From NCBI RefSeq assembly GCF_000981445.1, contig NC_027216.1:868001-932000 (forward strand): a DNA stretch of 64,000 bases, read 5' to 3'. Position 1 is the first letter of the stretch. Every line of letters begins with the position of its first letter. Below the pieces are notes generated by a model. The model saw only the letters and a list, made by a program, of their open reading frames with translations. It was not told the origin of the DNA and did not search any database. This document shows positions 62,886-64,000 of the stretch, in pieces. A program made the position numbers and the translations under genes. Source of the stretch: Babesia bigemina. Its lineage: Eukaryota.

Positions 62886-64000
62886 ATGCTGGTGCTCTTG
62901 GAAACCCCGGCGGGGTACGGTCTCTTTAAAATAACCGACTCGCGCCTGCTCGAGTGCAGTGTAGAAGATGTCCCCTCGTTTTTCCGTGACGGCGACTCAG
63001 CACGCTCATCGTAAGTATTGTTTGTCGTCGATGATTGTTGTTAATGGTGATACGCTTTTTACTTGTTACGGGTTATTAGCTGCGGCCAACCACGGCACCT
63101 ACATACGTGGCGGTTAGAACCTCTTTTGGTACGCACTGCCGTCTATTGTGTAATAAGGGTTGTGTATATAGTCATTGTGTGGCGTTTGCTGTTTATAACT
63201 GGGGACGGTATCCAGCATAATGGACTGATCCGTGCCCTCCACGGCCTTGTGATTCTCTTAAGCGTGACTGAATGGAGAGACGGATGCGTGTTTACGTACG
63301 TCTTTCACACTTTTGTTTCTCGCGACACGCTTTAAATATCGTGTAGGGTCAAGCTGTCTGCATTTTCGAAGTTCAAGACTACGGAAAATGCGCTTGAGGA
63401 GGCGACTGCCCTTTCCGAGTCTCGTCTGGGCAAGCAGCTGAAGAAGCTGCTGAACAAAAAGGTAGTTGGAGCAAAGGTGGTGGAGCCCCTTGCTGTTTGT
63501 GACAAGGTGCTGGCCGTCGAGATTCAGAAGAAGCTGAAGATTGATGTTGTGTACAACCCCTCCACGGTCGAAATCGCGCGCGGCCTCAAGAGCCAATTTT
63601 TTGAGTTAGTGGCTGGCATCACTGAGTCTGACTGCAAGTCTATGGCTCTAAGCCTATCGCATTCGCTGGCCAGGTTCAAGCTGAAATTTTCGCCTGACAA
63701 GGTGGACGTCATGGTGGTGCAGGCCATAGGGCTGCTAGACGATCTCGACCGCGAAGCGAACAACTTCGGCATGCGTTTGAAAGAGTGGTATGGCTGGCAC
63801 TTCCCTGAATTGGCCCACATTGTGCCCGACATGGCACTGTACTCTCGTGCCGTGCGCCACATCGGTATTCGCGGCTCGACCTCATTTGATGATTTGGAGT
63901 CCTTCCTGCCCAAGGACGTGGTGGATGAGATAAAGAAGGCCTGCGAAATATCCATGGGTTCGGAGCTTTTGAGTGATGACCTCGAAGCAATCGTGGAACT
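62886..64000 (+). CDS. NOP58: Box C/D snoRNP protein Nop58 (5' part; runs off the window end)
   Basis: MLVLLETPAGYGLFK, intron 63011-63346, then LSHSLARFKLKFSPDKVDVMVVQAIGLLDDLD...MRLKEWYGWHFPEL...EISMG. Confidence 0.93.

Noticed and set aside
1..64000. Nop-domain genes at both ends plus many RNA-processing genes as a functional cluster
   Set aside because: PRP31 and NOP58 are ancient paralogues 62 kb apart with unrelated genes between them. Housekeeping RNA genes are common in reduced genomes.

Overview
Eukaryotic, gene-dense apicomplexan DNA, most likely Babesia sensu stricto (B. bigemina/ovata-like). This is inferred from the 33-43 nt GT-AG introns, a fused PFK, ROM4, a 6-Cys gene and a ves-like gene. 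About 33 protein-coding genes are supported. Housekeeping and RNA-processing genes: PRP31 (partial), PP4R2, TLDc, RNase H2C, CK2beta, PPIL2, PFK, guanylate kinase, transportin-SR, MORN, RPL4, ROM4, NPL4, DBR1, Gemin2, NOP58 (partial). There are also several organellar helical-repeat/RAP/RluA-like proteins. A more AT-rich, gene-sparse island at about 51.7-59.2 kb holds a probable pseudogene, a secreted multi-domain 6-Cys gene and a short ves-like gene with a 30-nt tandem-repeat extension. No CRISPR, tRNA, rRNA or transposon is evident. The best leads are: (i) four unusually long coding introns (NPL4, CK2beta, DBR1, NOP58) plus a putative RPL4 5'UTR intron, all with visible hairpins, some masking splice donors; (ii) a transporter-like membrane protein with a ~630-aa Cys-rich insertion; (iii) the 6-Cys/ves island; (iv) a catalytically dead RluA homologue; (v) an ATGA stop/start overlap. 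None is proven novel, and all gene models and base-pairings were derived by eye.
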